Source of the DNA: a virus
Taxonomy: Duplodnaviria > Caudoviricetes
Length of the DNA stretch: 47,795 nucleotides
Virus record (IMG/VR): IMGVR_UViG_3300038393_000411
Span: 1-47,795 of that record
Direction: 5' to 3' (one strand)
A model generated the notes under the pieces. The model was not told where the DNA came from. It saw nothing but the letters and a program-made list of their open reading frames with translations, and did not search any database. The translations under genes and the position numbers were made by a program. Below, in pieces: positions 27,180 through 36,042 of the stretch (position 1 is the first letter of the stretch; each line of letters begins with the position of its first letter).

Positions 27180-28072
27180 ATATCAACATGCTACGAGACA
27201 CGGACGATGATCCGGGATTCTACGCGGCAGTGTCCTCATCCGATCCTAAGTGGCCCGGATGCACATTGTTCCAGTCGAAGGACGACGGCGCGACCTACCA
27301 GCAGATCGCCGCGATCACCACGCCGGTCACGGCGGGTCGAGTGTTGAACGCGCTCGGGGATTTCGAGGGCGGCCTCATCCCCGACGAGATCAACACCCTC
27401 AAGGTGATGATGTTGCGTGGCTCGCTGTCGTCCGTACCGTACGCCACGTTCCTGAACGGTGCCCAAGTCGCGATCATCGGCGACGAGATTGTGTACTTCC
27501 GCAATGCCGTCCTGAACACCGATGGCACCTACACCGTTTCCGGCTTCCTGCGTGGCATGCGCGGCAGTGAATACGCAATGTCCAGCCATGCGACGGGCGA
27601 GCGGTTCATCCTGGTCGACACGAACCTGCAGCGCATCGCAGGCGTGACGGCCGACCTGCATATGCCGAGGCTGTATAAGGCCGTGACGTCAGGCGACACG
27701 CTCGCCAGGACGTCGCCGCAGAGTTTCACGAACGACGGCGCCGAGCTCAAACCATACGCGCCGGTGCTGGTTGGCGGTGGGCGTGACGCCAGCGGCAACC
27801 TTACCATCAACTGGACACGGCGCACGCGAGTCTCCGGCGAATGGCGCCCCGGGGTGGACGTGCCGCTTGGTGAGGCATCGGAGGCCTATGAGGTCGACAT
27901 TCTCAACGGCTCCGCGGTCGTTCGCACGTTGACGTCGACGACGCCGACGGTCGCATATGTCGCCGCCGACCAGGTGACGGACTTCGGCGCCGCGCAGTCG
28001 GCGGTAACGGTGAGCATTTATCAGCTGAGCGCCGTTATCGGACGAGGGTATCCGGCGACAGCGACGGTCTAG
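27176..28072 (+). CDS. Central tail protein, C-terminal part
   Basis: EI..F..A..LRG.RG.E, W.RR.R..W..DVPL.E..E.YEVDI, V..YQ.S...GRG motifs. Confidence 0.85.
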   Translation: MNINMLRDTDDDPGFYAAVSSSDPKWPGCTLFQSKDDGATYQQIAAITTPVTAGRVLNALGDFEGGLIPDEINTLKVMMLRGSLSSVPYATFLNGAQVAIIGDEIVYFRNAVLNTDGTYTVSGFLRGMRGSEYAMSSHATGERFILVDTNLQRIAGVTADLHMPRLYKAVTSGDTLARTSPQSFTNDGAELKPYAPVLVGGGRDASGNLTINWTRRTRVSGEWRPGVDVPLGEASEAYEVDILNGSAVVRTLTSTTPTVAYVAADQVTDFGAAQSAVTVSIYQLSAVIGRGYPATATV

Positions 28073-28089
28073 CAGTTCCAGACGCAGCC

Positions 28090-28118
28090 AAGGCCGCTTC
28101 CGAGCGGCCTTTTTCTTT
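28090..28118 (+). terminator. Intrinsic terminator
   Basis: AAGGCCGCT-TCCG-AGCGGCCTT followed by a T-tract. Confidence 0.8.
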
Positions 28119-28127
28119 GGGAACCAC

Positions 28128-29207
28128 ATGGCAAACAGCACTACGAATCTCGACTTGCTTAGCGTGTCTCAGGCCAGTAAGGAGGTCACCGCGAACGCTC
28201 TGTTCGACGCTGGATCGCCCGCGATGCTGTACGGCCGGCGCGCGTCGACTACGGCGGCTCTCACCTGGGGCTATTACGGTGGAGGCCTGCTTATATCCGG
28301 CTCGATTACCGTGATCGCCAACGGCACTGTGACGCTTACCGCGTCGGCGACAAATTACGTGGAAGCCGATCCGGCTACGGGCGCGGTATCCTACAATACC
28401 ACTGGCTTCACGACGGGCAAAGTTCCCTTGTACGAGATCGTGGCCGGAACGGCCAGCGTGACGAGTTACATCGATCGGCGCGCGGTTGCGCTGGCGGGTA
28501 CCTATGATGAGCTTGGAGCGGCCTCCAGCGCAGTCGCTGCGCACGTTGCGGCTAGCGACCCGCATTCGCAATACTTGACGCAGACAGAAGGCGATGCGCG
28601 CTATGCCGCCATCGCAAGCGCAGGGGTCAGCAGCGTCAACGGACACACCGGCGCCGTCACGTTGGCTGCAACTGACGTTGGTGCGGTTTCCAGCGTCAGC
28701 CTGTCCGTGCCTGGCTTGCTCTATACCGTGTCCGGCAGCCCCGTAACGTCCAGCGGAACACTGGCATTCGCACTCAAGACCCAAGCCAAGAATACCGTAC
28801 TGGCCGGCCCGACATCAGGCGCAGATGCAACGCCAACGATGCGCGCGCTCACGCAGGCGGATTTGCCGGCGCAGCCATTCGACGTAACGGCTTTTTACCC
28901 CGGCGTGCCATCGGCAAGCGTGAGAGTCACTCGCGTCCCGATCGCACGCGCGGTGGCTTTCCCGTCGAATTTCGCCGGTAGTGTTGGCATCGCAAGCGTG
29001 GCCGCGACCGCATCGACAGCATTCGATGTGCGGAAGAATGGCACGTCAGTCGGTACGATCACCTATGCCGCGGGCGCAACGACCGCCACGTTCAGCACCA
29101 GTGGCGCCGTCTCTTTTGCGGCCGGCGACTACCTGTCCATCGTCGCGCCGGCCACGCCGGATGCAACGCTCGCTGACCCGGGCTTCGTGCTGGCCGGCAC
29201 TCGCTAA
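28128..29207 (+). CDS. Tail fibre protein
   Basis: DUF2793-like N-terminus (LL..SQASKEVT.N); AH.AA.DPH.QY and V.SVNG.TGAV.L fibre motifs. Confidence 0.8.
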   Translation: MANSTTNLDLLSVSQASKEVTANALFDAGSPAMLYGRRASTTAALTWGYYGGGLLISGSITVIANGTVTLTASATNYVEADPATGAVSYNTTGFTTGKVPLYEIVAGTASVTSYIDRRAVALAGTYDELGAASSAVAAHVAASDPHSQYLTQTEGDARYAAIASAGVSSVNGHTGAVTLAATDVGAVSSVSLSVPGLLYTVSGSPVTSSGTLAFALKTQAKNTVLAGPTSGADATPTMRALTQADLPAQPFDVTAFYPGVPSASVRVTRVPIARAVAFPSNFAGSVGIASVAATASTAFDVRKNGTSVGTITYAAGATTATFSTSGAVSFAAGDYLSIVAPATPDATLADPGFVLAGTR

Positions 29208-29218
29208 CGAGGGGTTTT

Positions 29219-30223
29219 ATGACAACCAATTTCTACTTTATCGGCGGCGAGGATCACGATTTCTCGAAAATCGGTAGTTGCACCGTCAATACTGCGACAA
29301 CGGCAGGCCGGCGAACCGCATATGCCCGCTGTGCTTTACAGGTTGCGGCAGCCTCGCTCACGGACGGCTGGGTCGGGTCGTTCAGTTCGGCCCAGTCCTC
29401 ATTCTGGCTTGCCGCGAGAATGTACCTCAACAACAACAACAATTCGACGGCAAACGTCGAGACAATCGCCTTCACCGATTCAGCCGGGGCGCGAAGACTG
29501 GTTATCCGCACTGGCTCCGGCACCAACCCATTTGCACTGGTGAAGCGCAACGCAAGCAACACGAACACGGCACTGGTAACCCTGTCGGTGTCGCCTTCGG
29601 TGGCATTGGTGCGGTGGGATATCCAAGTCAACTACGGCACCTCCGGTAGCATCAATATTTACATGGACGGCGCGCTCGTGGGGTCGTACACGGGTGACGT
29701 AACGACAGACAGCGTCACATCACTGTCCGGCTTTGTTCTCGGCGGGACATCGACGACCGCGACGAATGCGCTCTGGTCGGAGGTCATAGTCTCGGACTCG
29801 GATACGCGCGGGCTGAGCCTCGTCACTTTGACGCCAAGCGCAAACGGCAATGCCTTCACATGGGATTCCGGCAGTTATACCAGCATCAATGAGACGACAC
29901 TGGATGACTCTAGCGTAATGTCCAGCGGGACGTCCGGAGAACTCGCTCAATTCACGGTGAACTCAAGCGGGATCACCGGCAATCCGGCAATTAAGGCGGT
30001 CGCAATCACCGCCAGGGGAGCAAAAGGCGGCACGGGGCCGCAAAACGTCAAAATGAACGTTCGGACGAGCGGGATCGATTACATGTCGAGCGCCATAGCC
30101 TTGCCGGCGGCACTAAACCGGGTGCAGGGTGTATTCACGACGAACCCCGGCACATCCGGCCCGTGGGCCTACACGGATCTGACCGCTACGGGCTTCAATA
30201 TCGGCATCGAATCGGAGCCGTAA
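29219..30223 (+). CDS. Putative fibre/receptor-binding virion protein (beta-sandwich)
   Basis: Ser/Thr/Gly-rich; ends NP.T...W...L...G; follows the fibre gene. Confidence 0.65.
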   Translation: MTTNFYFIGGEDHDFSKIGSCTVNTATTAGRRTAYARCALQVAAASLTDGWVGSFSSAQSSFWLAARMYLNNNNNSTANVETIAFTDSAGARRLVIRTGSGTNPFALVKRNASNTNTALVTLSVSPSVALVRWDIQVNYGTSGSINIYMDGALVGSYTGDVTTDSVTSLSGFVLGGTSTTATNALWSEVIVSDSDTRGLSLVTLTPSANGNAFTWDSGSYTSINETTLDDSSVMSSGTSGELAQFTVNSSGITGNPAIKAVAITARGAKGGTGPQNVKMNVRTSGIDYMSSAIALPAALNRVQGVFTTNPGTSGPWAYTDLTATGFNIGIESEP

Positions 30224-30226
30224 ATC

Positions 30227-30421
30227 ATGGCCGATATATCCAAGGCTTCAGGTTATGCGGTCACGGGCGGGAGCGACACGAGCGCAATTGTCACAAAATT
30301 GACTGCGTACGCCGTCACGGATACACCCAGCACGGTCGTGACTATCTCAAAACTGGTCGGCTATACCGTCATTGTCGATTCGTCGAACAATGCAAGGCCT
30401 CAAGTCTTCGTCTGCACTTAA
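30227..30421 (+). CDS. Small protein with a triple repeat
   Basis: ISKASGYAV, VTKLTAYAV, ISKLVGYTV; GGAG RBS. Confidence 0.65.
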   Translation: MADISKASGYAVTGGSDTSAIVTKLTAYAVTDTPSTVVTISKLVGYTVIVDSSNNARPQVFVCT

Positions 30422-30434
30422 TCGAAAGGTCATC

Positions 30435-30821
30435 ATGGATTTCACCATCAGCATCACCGACAACCCGAAGGCCGTCGCCCTGCAACGTGCGCTGGACGCC
30501 TACAACGCGAGCAACCCACAGCTGACGTCGGAGGCATTCCTGCAGAAGCTAGTCGACGGGCAGTTGTCGAATCTCGTCGCGTCGTACACCGTCGCGCAGA
30601 TGGACCCGTTCACATGGCTCAAGACGCGGTTCACGGCTGAAGAGCGCGCCGCTATCCGTGCCGCAGCACTTACGGATGGTGCCATTGCCGACCTGTGCGC
30701 CATGACTGACAAAGCGAGCATCATCCATTTTGATGATCCGCTGACGGTCGGTGGTGTGGCCCTACTGGAGTCAAAAGGCCTGATCGCCGCCGGCCGCGCC
30801 GCGCAGATCCTGGCCCTGTAG
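30435..30821 (+). CDS. Hypothetical, possible fibre assembly protein
   Basis: RFT.EER.AI..GLI...RA..IL pattern common after fibre genes. Confidence 0.65.
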   Translation: MDFTISITDNPKAVALQRALDAYNASNPQLTSEAFLQKLVDGQLSNLVASYTVAQMDPFTWLKTRFTAEERAAIRAAALTDGAIADLCAMTDKASIIHFDDPLTVGGVALLESKGLIAAGRAAQILAL

Positions 30822-30842
30822 CCTCAATCCTCCCCGTCCAAC

Positions 30843-30870
30843 GAGCCGCCTACGGGCGGCTTTCTCTTTT
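30843..30870 (+). terminator. Intrinsic terminator
   Basis: GAGCCGCC-TACG-GGCGGCTT followed by TCTCTTTT. Confidence 0.8.
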
Positions 30871-30881
30871 GCGAGGTCGCT

Positions 30882-31157
30882 ATGGCGCGAGTGCGCTTGC
30901 TTGGCATCTGGCTGGTCTGCGTCGTGTGCGCGGTGCTCGCGGTGCCGTGGATGCTCGTTTCCGTCATCGTCAATTCCCCGCGCGCCTGGACCTTCGCCAA
31001 GGGGTTCGACCGTGTCGGAAACGTGATGTCGGGCGGCGGCGATGACGAATACCTGAGCTCTCGGGCGCAGCGTGTGCGCAAGGAGGGGAGGCGTTGGGCA
31101 TGCGTCCTGTGCCGGCTCCTCGACAATTTCGACCCGGGGCACTGCGACAAGTACTGA
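30882..31157 (+). CDS. Small membrane protein with Cys-rich C-terminus
   Basis: N-terminal TM segment; D..GN..GG..E..SSR..WACVLC..LD..DP.HC. Confidence 0.75.
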   Translation: MARVRLLGIWLVCVVCAVLAVPWMLVSVIVNSPRAWTFAKGFDRVGNVMSGGGDDEYLSSRAQRVRKEGRRWACVLCRLLDNFDPGHCDKY

Positions 31158-31228
31158 TCGAGCCGGCGCCGACCGGAAAACACTTCCCTCAACCAGGCCG
31201 CTCATCGCGGTCATCTGCGCGAGTCCAC

Positions 31229-31435
31229 ATGGACCACCTCAAACACATCTTCGATGCCGGATCAACGGTCGCGGCCACCTTCACGATCATTGGCTGGTTC
31301 GCCAACGTGCTGCCGCCAATGGCTGCGTTGGCCTCGATTCTCTGGATCGCATTCCAGTTCTATCACTCGGCGCCGATGACAGCGCGCAGGCGAGCTAGAA
31401 AAGAAGCGCGAGAAAGAACGAAGGGGGATATGTGA
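31229..31435 (+). CDS. Putative holin
   Basis: Hydrophobic core with a strongly basic C-terminus; overlaps the endolysin start. Confidence 0.65.
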   Translation: MDHLKHIFDAGSTVAATFTIIGWFANVLPPMAALASILWIAFQFYHSAPMTARRRARKEARERTKGDM

Positions 31436-31905
31436 ATCCAAACCTCAAGGCCCTTCTGGACACGATCGCCACGAGTGAACTGACGGCACGGCTGCTGCTG
31501 GCCTCGGACAACGGCTACAACGTCCTCGTCGGAAGTACGCCTGATCACCCGCGCTTGTTCGCTAGCTACGCCGATCACCCGCGCCAGTTGATCGATCTGC
31601 CGCGGCTCGGCATCAAGTCCACGGCAGCCGGCCGCTACCAGCTGCTCGCGCGCTACTTCGACGGCTACAAACGGCAACTGGGCTTGCGCGACTTTTCGCC
31701 GGCGAGCCAGGACGCGATCGCCGTGCAGCAGATCCGGGAGCGTGGCGCTCTCGCCGATGTAGAGGCTGGGCGATTCGACACCGCGGTCGCGAAATGCTCG
31801 AGCTGCTGGGCGTCACTTCCGGGTTCGACCTATGGGCAGCACACAAACGACCTGGCGGACCTGCGCCTGGTCTTCATTAAGGCAGGAGGGCAACTGCAAT
31901 GCTGA
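31432..31905 (+). CDS. Endolysin, lambda R-like transglycosylase
   Basis: LLD.IA.SE, GY.V.VG, STAAGRYQ, DFSP.SQD and WASLPG motifs. Confidence 0.95.
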   Translation: MNPNLKALLDTIATSELTARLLLASDNGYNVLVGSTPDHPRLFASYADHPRQLIDLPRLGIKSTAAGRYQLLARYFDGYKRQLGLRDFSPASQDAIAVQQIRERGALADVEAGRFDTAVAKCSSCWASLPGSTYGQHTNDLADLRLVFIKAGGQLQC

Positions 31906-32135
31906 ATTGGATGAGGAAGCAGTTTCGGGACATCTTTACCGAGCCTGATGGGGAAACCATCTGCGTCGTCAGGGTGATGGGCGTATGGGTTGCGCTGCAA
32001 GGCAATGCTCTCGCCATCTGGGATGTCGTCGTGCAGCACGCGCATTTCGATTTCCAGACCTACGGCCTCGGTATGGGGGCGACGCTGACCGCGCTCGGCG
32101 TGGCGCTCGGAATGAAGAAGGATACCCAGCCATGA
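31899..32135 (+). CDS. Two-TM membrane protein (holin/antiholin candidate)
   Basis: Two hydrophobic segments; lies inside the lysis cassette. Confidence 0.6.
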   Translation: MLNWMRKQFRDIFTEPDGETICVVRVMGVWVALQGNALAIWDVVVQHAHFDFQTYGLGMGATLTALGVALGMKKDTQP

Positions 32136-32242
32136 GCATCGATCGCGCATTCTTCCTTGGCATGGCCGCCGGGGCTTTCATGGCCGCCATCGTCGTCATC
32201 TACGCCGCCGCCACGCTGATGGCTGACAGGTGGCGCCGATGA
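32132..32242 (+). CDS. 36-aa single-TM peptide
   Basis: MSIDRAFFLGMAAGAFMAAIVVIYAAATLMADRWRR; ATGA-coupled at both ends. Confidence 0.5.
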   Translation: MSIDRAFFLGMAAGAFMAAIVVIYAAATLMADRWRR

Positions 32243-32751
32243 TCGCCGCGTTACTCCTGCGGCTCGCGCCGTACAAGCTTGCGTTCGAGATCTTGGTATT
32301 TAGCGCGCTGGCCGCCGCCGTGATCTATGGTGCCCACCAGTTCCTTGAACACGAACGCGACATCGGGCGCGACGAGGTGCGCGCCGAGTACGCCAAGCAG
32401 CTCGCCGAGGCCAAGGACGCGGCCCGGCTGCGTGAACAGCAACTTCAATCCCAAGTCGACGAGGCAAACCAGCATGCACATGAACGTGATCAAACCATCC
32501 AGTCTCTTGCCGCTCGCGCTGGCGTGTCTACTAGCGGCCTGCGCGACACCATCGCCGCCATTGGCAACAGCATGTCCGGCGCTACCGCGGATGCCCTACG
32601 TAACACCGCCAGAGCCTACGGGGAAATTCTTGCAGAGTGCGCAGCAAGACGCGGAGAACTGGCGGTCACGACTGAAAAGCTCAACAGCGAGAAGCGAACC
32701 CTGATCGAAGCGTGGCCGAAGAATCCACCGGCGGAGAAGCAAACGCAATGA
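32239..32751 (+). CDS. Rz-like inner-membrane spanin
   Basis: N-terminal TM segment plus coiled coil; downstream of the endolysin. Confidence 0.8.
   Translation: MIAALLLRLAPYKLAFEILVFSALAAAVIYGAHQFLEHERDIGRDEVRAEYAKQLAEAKDAARLREQQLQSQVDEANQHAHERDQTIQSLAARAGVSTSGLRDTIAAIGNSMSGATADALRNTARAYGEILAECAARRGELAVTTEKLNSEKRTLIEAWPKNPPAEKQTQ
32474..32704 (+). CDS. Rz1-like outer-membrane spanin embedded in Rz
   Basis: +1 frame; lipobox LLAAC; Pro-rich mature part. Confidence 0.75.
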   Translation: MHMNVIKPSSLLPLALACLLAACATPSPPLATACPALPRMPYVTPPEPTGKFLQSAQQDAENWRSRLKSSTARSEP

Positions 32752-32758
32752 GCTAGCC

Positions 32759-32929
32759 ATGGACGATCTGCTGCAACGCATGCGCGCCTTTGCTTCAGAG
32801 CCGGGCGCGCTTTTTTTCGTCATCAAGACGAAAACACGTGGCTCCGTGCCCATCTGGGCCGACGACATCCGCGCCACAGCCGACGACGAACAACTGCTCG
32901 CCCTGGTCACGGCGTGCATCAATTCATGA
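32759..32929 (+). CDS. 56-aa hypothetical protein
   Basis: Open frame MDDLLQRMRAF..ACINS that fills the gap between genes. Confidence 0.5.
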   Translation: MDDLLQRMRAFASEPGALFFVIKTKTRGSVPIWADDIRATADDEQLLALVTACINS

Positions 32930-32936
32930 GGTGAAT

Positions 32937-34130
32937 ATGCCCGAAGCACGCCAGTACGACCCGCAGCTGCGTCAGTTCGCCACGCCACGGCAGGCGCTAT
33001 ACCTCGATGCGGTCATCGAGCACGGAGGTATCCGGCCGGCATCGCGCGCGCTGGGCGTGAGCAAGGGAACGATCTGCGCCGCGCTGGACCGAATCGCCAA
33101 GGCGGCGGCGCGTCAGGGGTATGCGCCGGGGCACTTCACCGAAGGCGTCGCTCCCGGCTACCTGATGGGCAAAGTCACTGTGCAGCGCGGCCCGGGTGGC
33201 GACGTGGAGCGCACTTGGGAGCGACAGAGCCCGGATCAGGGGATGCAGCAAGAAGCGATGCGCGCCGCGGCGGCAGCGATGGCCGAAGACATACCGCGCG
33301 CCAAGCCGGTAAAGGTGCCGGCAGTGACGAACGCCATGCTGGCGAACCTCTACACTCTCACCGATAGTCACGTCGGAATGCTGGCGTGGCACAAGGAGAA
33401 CCTGGACCCGCACGGCGACTGGGATCTGACGATCGCCGAAGACACGCTTGTCGGATGTTTCGAGCACATGGTGAATGGCAGCCCGCCGGCGCGCACCGGG
33501 ATCGTGGCGCAGCTGGGTGACTTCCTTCACTCGGACGGCATGGGAATGATCGAGGGAAGAACGCCAACGTCTGGTCACATCCTGAGCCAGGACGGGCGTT
33601 TCCAGAAAGTCGTGCAGACCGCCATTCGCATCCTGCGCCGGGTAATCAGCTTCGCGTTGCAGCGACATGAGTACGTTGTCGTGCTGCTGGCCGAAGGGAA
33701 CCACGATCTGGCGAGCTCCGTCTGGCTACGCGCGATGTTCAAGGCCTTGTACGAGAATGAGCCGCGGGTGGAGGTGATCGATTCGGAACTGCCGTACTAC
33801 GTCTACCAGCATGGCAAGACCATGCTGGCATGGCACCATGGCCACCTCAAAAAGAACGACCAACTCCCGCTACTGTTCGCTGCGCAGTTTCCGAAGGTCT
33901 GGGGCGACACGACGAAGCGCTATGCCCACGTAGGCCACCGCCACCACGTGGAGGAAAAGGAACACGCCGGCATGATGGTCGTGCAGCACTCGACACTGGC
34001 GTCACGCGATGCCTACGCCGCTCGCGGAGGATGGATGAGCGAGCGGCAATGCACGGCGATCACCTACCATACCGAATTCGGACAGGTCTGCCGGAGCACG
34101 GTCACGCCCGAGATGCTGGCTGTAGCGTAA
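32937..34130 (+). CDS. HTH plus calcineurin-like metallophosphoesterase
   Basis: Motifs TDSH.G, GD..H, GNHD, HGH, GH.HH; N-terminal RPASRALGVSKGTI HTH. Confidence 0.85.
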   Translation: MPEARQYDPQLRQFATPRQALYLDAVIEHGGIRPASRALGVSKGTICAALDRIAKAAARQGYAPGHFTEGVAPGYLMGKVTVQRGPGGDVERTWERQSPDQGMQQEAMRAAAAAMAEDIPRAKPVKVPAVTNAMLANLYTLTDSHVGMLAWHKENLDPHGDWDLTIAEDTLVGCFEHMVNGSPPARTGIVAQLGDFLHSDGMGMIEGRTPTSGHILSQDGRFQKVVQTAIRILRRVISFALQRHEYVVVLLAEGNHDLASSVWLRAMFKALYENEPRVEVIDSELPYYVYQHGKTMLAWHHGHLKKNDQLPLLFAAQFPKVWGDTTKRYAHVGHRHHVEEKEHAGMMVVQHSTLASRDAYAARGGWMSERQCTAITYHTEFGQVCRSTVTPEMLAVA

Positions 34131-34133
34131 CCG

Positions 34134-34439
34134 CTAGTGAACCGTATTCCACACTTTCTCGATCTGCCTGAAGATGATCGGCATGACCGCCGCGGCCCCA
34201 AACGACGCCGGCCGGTCATCGCTTGGGTAGCCTAGTGCCGGTGCAGACCGGATCATGTTGAGAACGAATTCTGGATGCTCCCCGCTCGCCGCCAACTCGG
34301 CCAGCACCTCCGATTCCATCTTGTGCATCAGCGCCCAAGTCAGGGCGCTGGTCTCCCGGTAGCGCATGACGACGGCCGGAACCGCGCGCTTGGCAGCCTC
34401 GCCCGCAGCGGCTAGGTCGTCCCAGTCATCCTTGTCCAT
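34134..34439 (-). CDS. DUF2471-like protein
   Basis: LTW.L.H..E.E..YP.DDRP..F pattern recalled from Burkholderiales proteins; GGAG RBS. Confidence 0.65.
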   Translation of the reverse strand: MDKDDWDDLAAAGEAAKRAVPAVVMRYRETSALTWALMHKMESEVLAELAASGEHPEFVLNMIRSAPALGYPSDDRPASFGAAAVMPIIFRQIEKVWNTVH

Positions 34440-34476
34440 GCTGATCTCCGCTTTATATTGTCTGCGCGTCACATTA

Positions 34477-34496
34477 TACTGTGCGAATGTACAGTA
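34477..34496. promoter_or_regulatory. LexA (SOS) box overlapping a -10 element and a start codon
   Basis: TACTGT-GCGAATGT-ACAGTA matches CTGT-N8-ACAG; TATACT at 34475-34480. Confidence 0.85.
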
Positions 34497-34780
34497 TCGT
34501 CAAACGATTGAGGCACCGCGGCCGGCGTCTTCCTGACCGCGAAATCTCCGCCAGCACAGGCGTGCGGGGCGAGCTCACCGTCGCCATCTGCGGCCACGGG
34601 CCCGAGGCGACGCTGTTCGCGCCGAATGACCAGCAACGGAAGCCGCTGATACCCGAGCTTCAAAATGCTCAGCTGGTCACGATGACGACTACCGGCATGC
34701 TTCTCTATGGCACGGAGAAATCCCAGGACGGCGCCGAGTACGTGCAGGAGTGGTCGGTTCGGCTCGCCAGCATCGATTAG
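34487..34780 (+). CDS. Hypothetical, probably SOS-regulated protein
   Basis: ATG lies inside the LexA box; LIP.L..A.L..G.E..QEW pattern. Confidence 0.7.
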   Translation: MYSIVKRLRHRGRRLPDREISASTGVRGELTVAICGHGPEATLFAPNDQQRKPLIPELQNAQLVTMTTTGMLLYGTEKSQDGAEYVQEWSVRLASID

Positions 34781-36033
34781 GCGGCCATAGCGGACCCCTT
34801 CAGCGGAACGACATTCCACGGCAGACCGTTTTCGCACGCGACCAGGAACGACGCCCAAAGCTCAAGCGCCTGCCGCCGCTCCGGGATTTCGTCGCGGACG
34901 TCGTAGACCGCCTCCATGCCCTTGAGGGTGTGGTTCAGCGCGATCTCGGAGATTTCGCGCGACACCCCGAGATTGCGCATGTGGCCCTTGGCGGTACTGC
35001 GCGTGTCGTGCGGCGTGAACTTGCGTGTCTGCAGGGCGCCGCGCTCGAACGCTCGATACAGGGCGGCCGAAAGGGTCGACCGTCCCACATGTTGGCCGGC
35101 CCGGCGATCGTCCCTGGCAGGCAATACCCATGGCGAACCCCCGGCGAGACGCTCCAGTTCCTTGAACCATCCCGCGACGGTCGGGGTGATCGGCACCAGA
35201 AAGCCGACCCGCGTTTTTACGGACTCGTCGGGTACGAACCAGGTGCCGCGCTCGAAATCGATATGCTCCCACCGCGCCTTGACCAGTTCGATCGTGCGGA
35301 CGCAAGTCGCCAGCATGATTTTCAGGGCCAGTCCGTTTTCGTCGCCGATATCACCAACGGACGAGAGTAGCTTGCGCAGTTCATCCTCCTGCAGCATGAC
35401 GCGCTTGCGGATGGGCGGGCGAGGCCCCATCAAGGCTGCCAGTTTGATGCCGGCCGCTGGGCTGACCTTGATCAGTTGCCGGCCAATGGCGTGTTCGAAA
35501 AGCTGGGAAGTGGTACCCAAAATCCGCTTCTGCATGACCCAGCCGCGGCCGGAGCGCTCAAGCATCGTGACGATGTCCTCGGCGATGACCGACTGAACCT
35601 CGAGAGGTCCGAGCTTTGGCAGGATCACCTTTTCCAAATCCCACTTCTTCGCCTTGACTGTCCCTGGCGCCAGACTGCCGGCGTCTAGCACCTTTGCCGT
35701 CAAATCCTCGGCCAGGCGCCGCACGGTCCAGGTGCCGCGCAGCTTCATCCGCTCGGCGCGCTTTTCCGCTGCCGGATCCTGCCCCTTGTCGACGGCGACG
35801 CGGTGTTCGCTCGCCATCTTGCGCGCCGCGGCGAGGCTGATATCGGGGTAGTTCCCGATGGTCAACTCACGCGGCCGGCCTTCGCGCATGTAGCGCAGGA
35901 TCCACGACGCTGTCCCGGCCCGGGACAGGGTGAACGTCAGGCCGGCACCATCTGATTTCGCGACGGGCTCGCCGGCCGCTATCCAGCGGCGTATCTGCAT
36001 GTCACTGAGGAGGTTCGTTCCGCGCTTGGCCAT
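34777..36033 (-). CDS. int: Tyrosine integrase with N-terminal arm-binding domain (P4-like)
   Basis: DG.GL..W..RY..IG.YP.ISLA.AR; catalytic R (TCVR), HDTR, LNH and Y. Confidence 0.96.
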   Translation of the reverse strand: MAKRGTNLLSDMQIRRWIAAGEPVAKSDGAGLTFTLSRAGTASWILRYMREGRPRELTIGNYPDISLAAARKMASEHRVAVDKGQDPAAEKRAERMKLRGTWTVRRLAEDLTAKVLDAGSLAPGTVKAKKWDLEKVILPKLGPLEVQSVIAEDIVTMLERSGRGWVMQKRILGTTSQLFEHAIGRQLIKVSPAAGIKLAALMGPRPPIRKRVMLQEDELRKLLSSVGDIGDENGLALKIMLATCVRTIELVKARWEHIDFERGTWFVPDESVKTRVGFLVPITPTVAGWFKELERLAGGSPWVLPARDDRRAGQHVGRSTLSAALYRAFERGALQTRKFTPHDTRSTAKGHMRNLGVSREISEIALNHTLKGMEAVYDVRDEIPERRQALELWASFLVACENGLPWNVVPLKGSAMAA

Positions 36034-36042
36034 GGCGTTCCC

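Noticed and set aside
24762-30223. Diversity-generating retroelement or invertible tail-fibre switch
   Set aside because: No reverse transcriptase, invertase or template/variable repeat pair was seen in the window.
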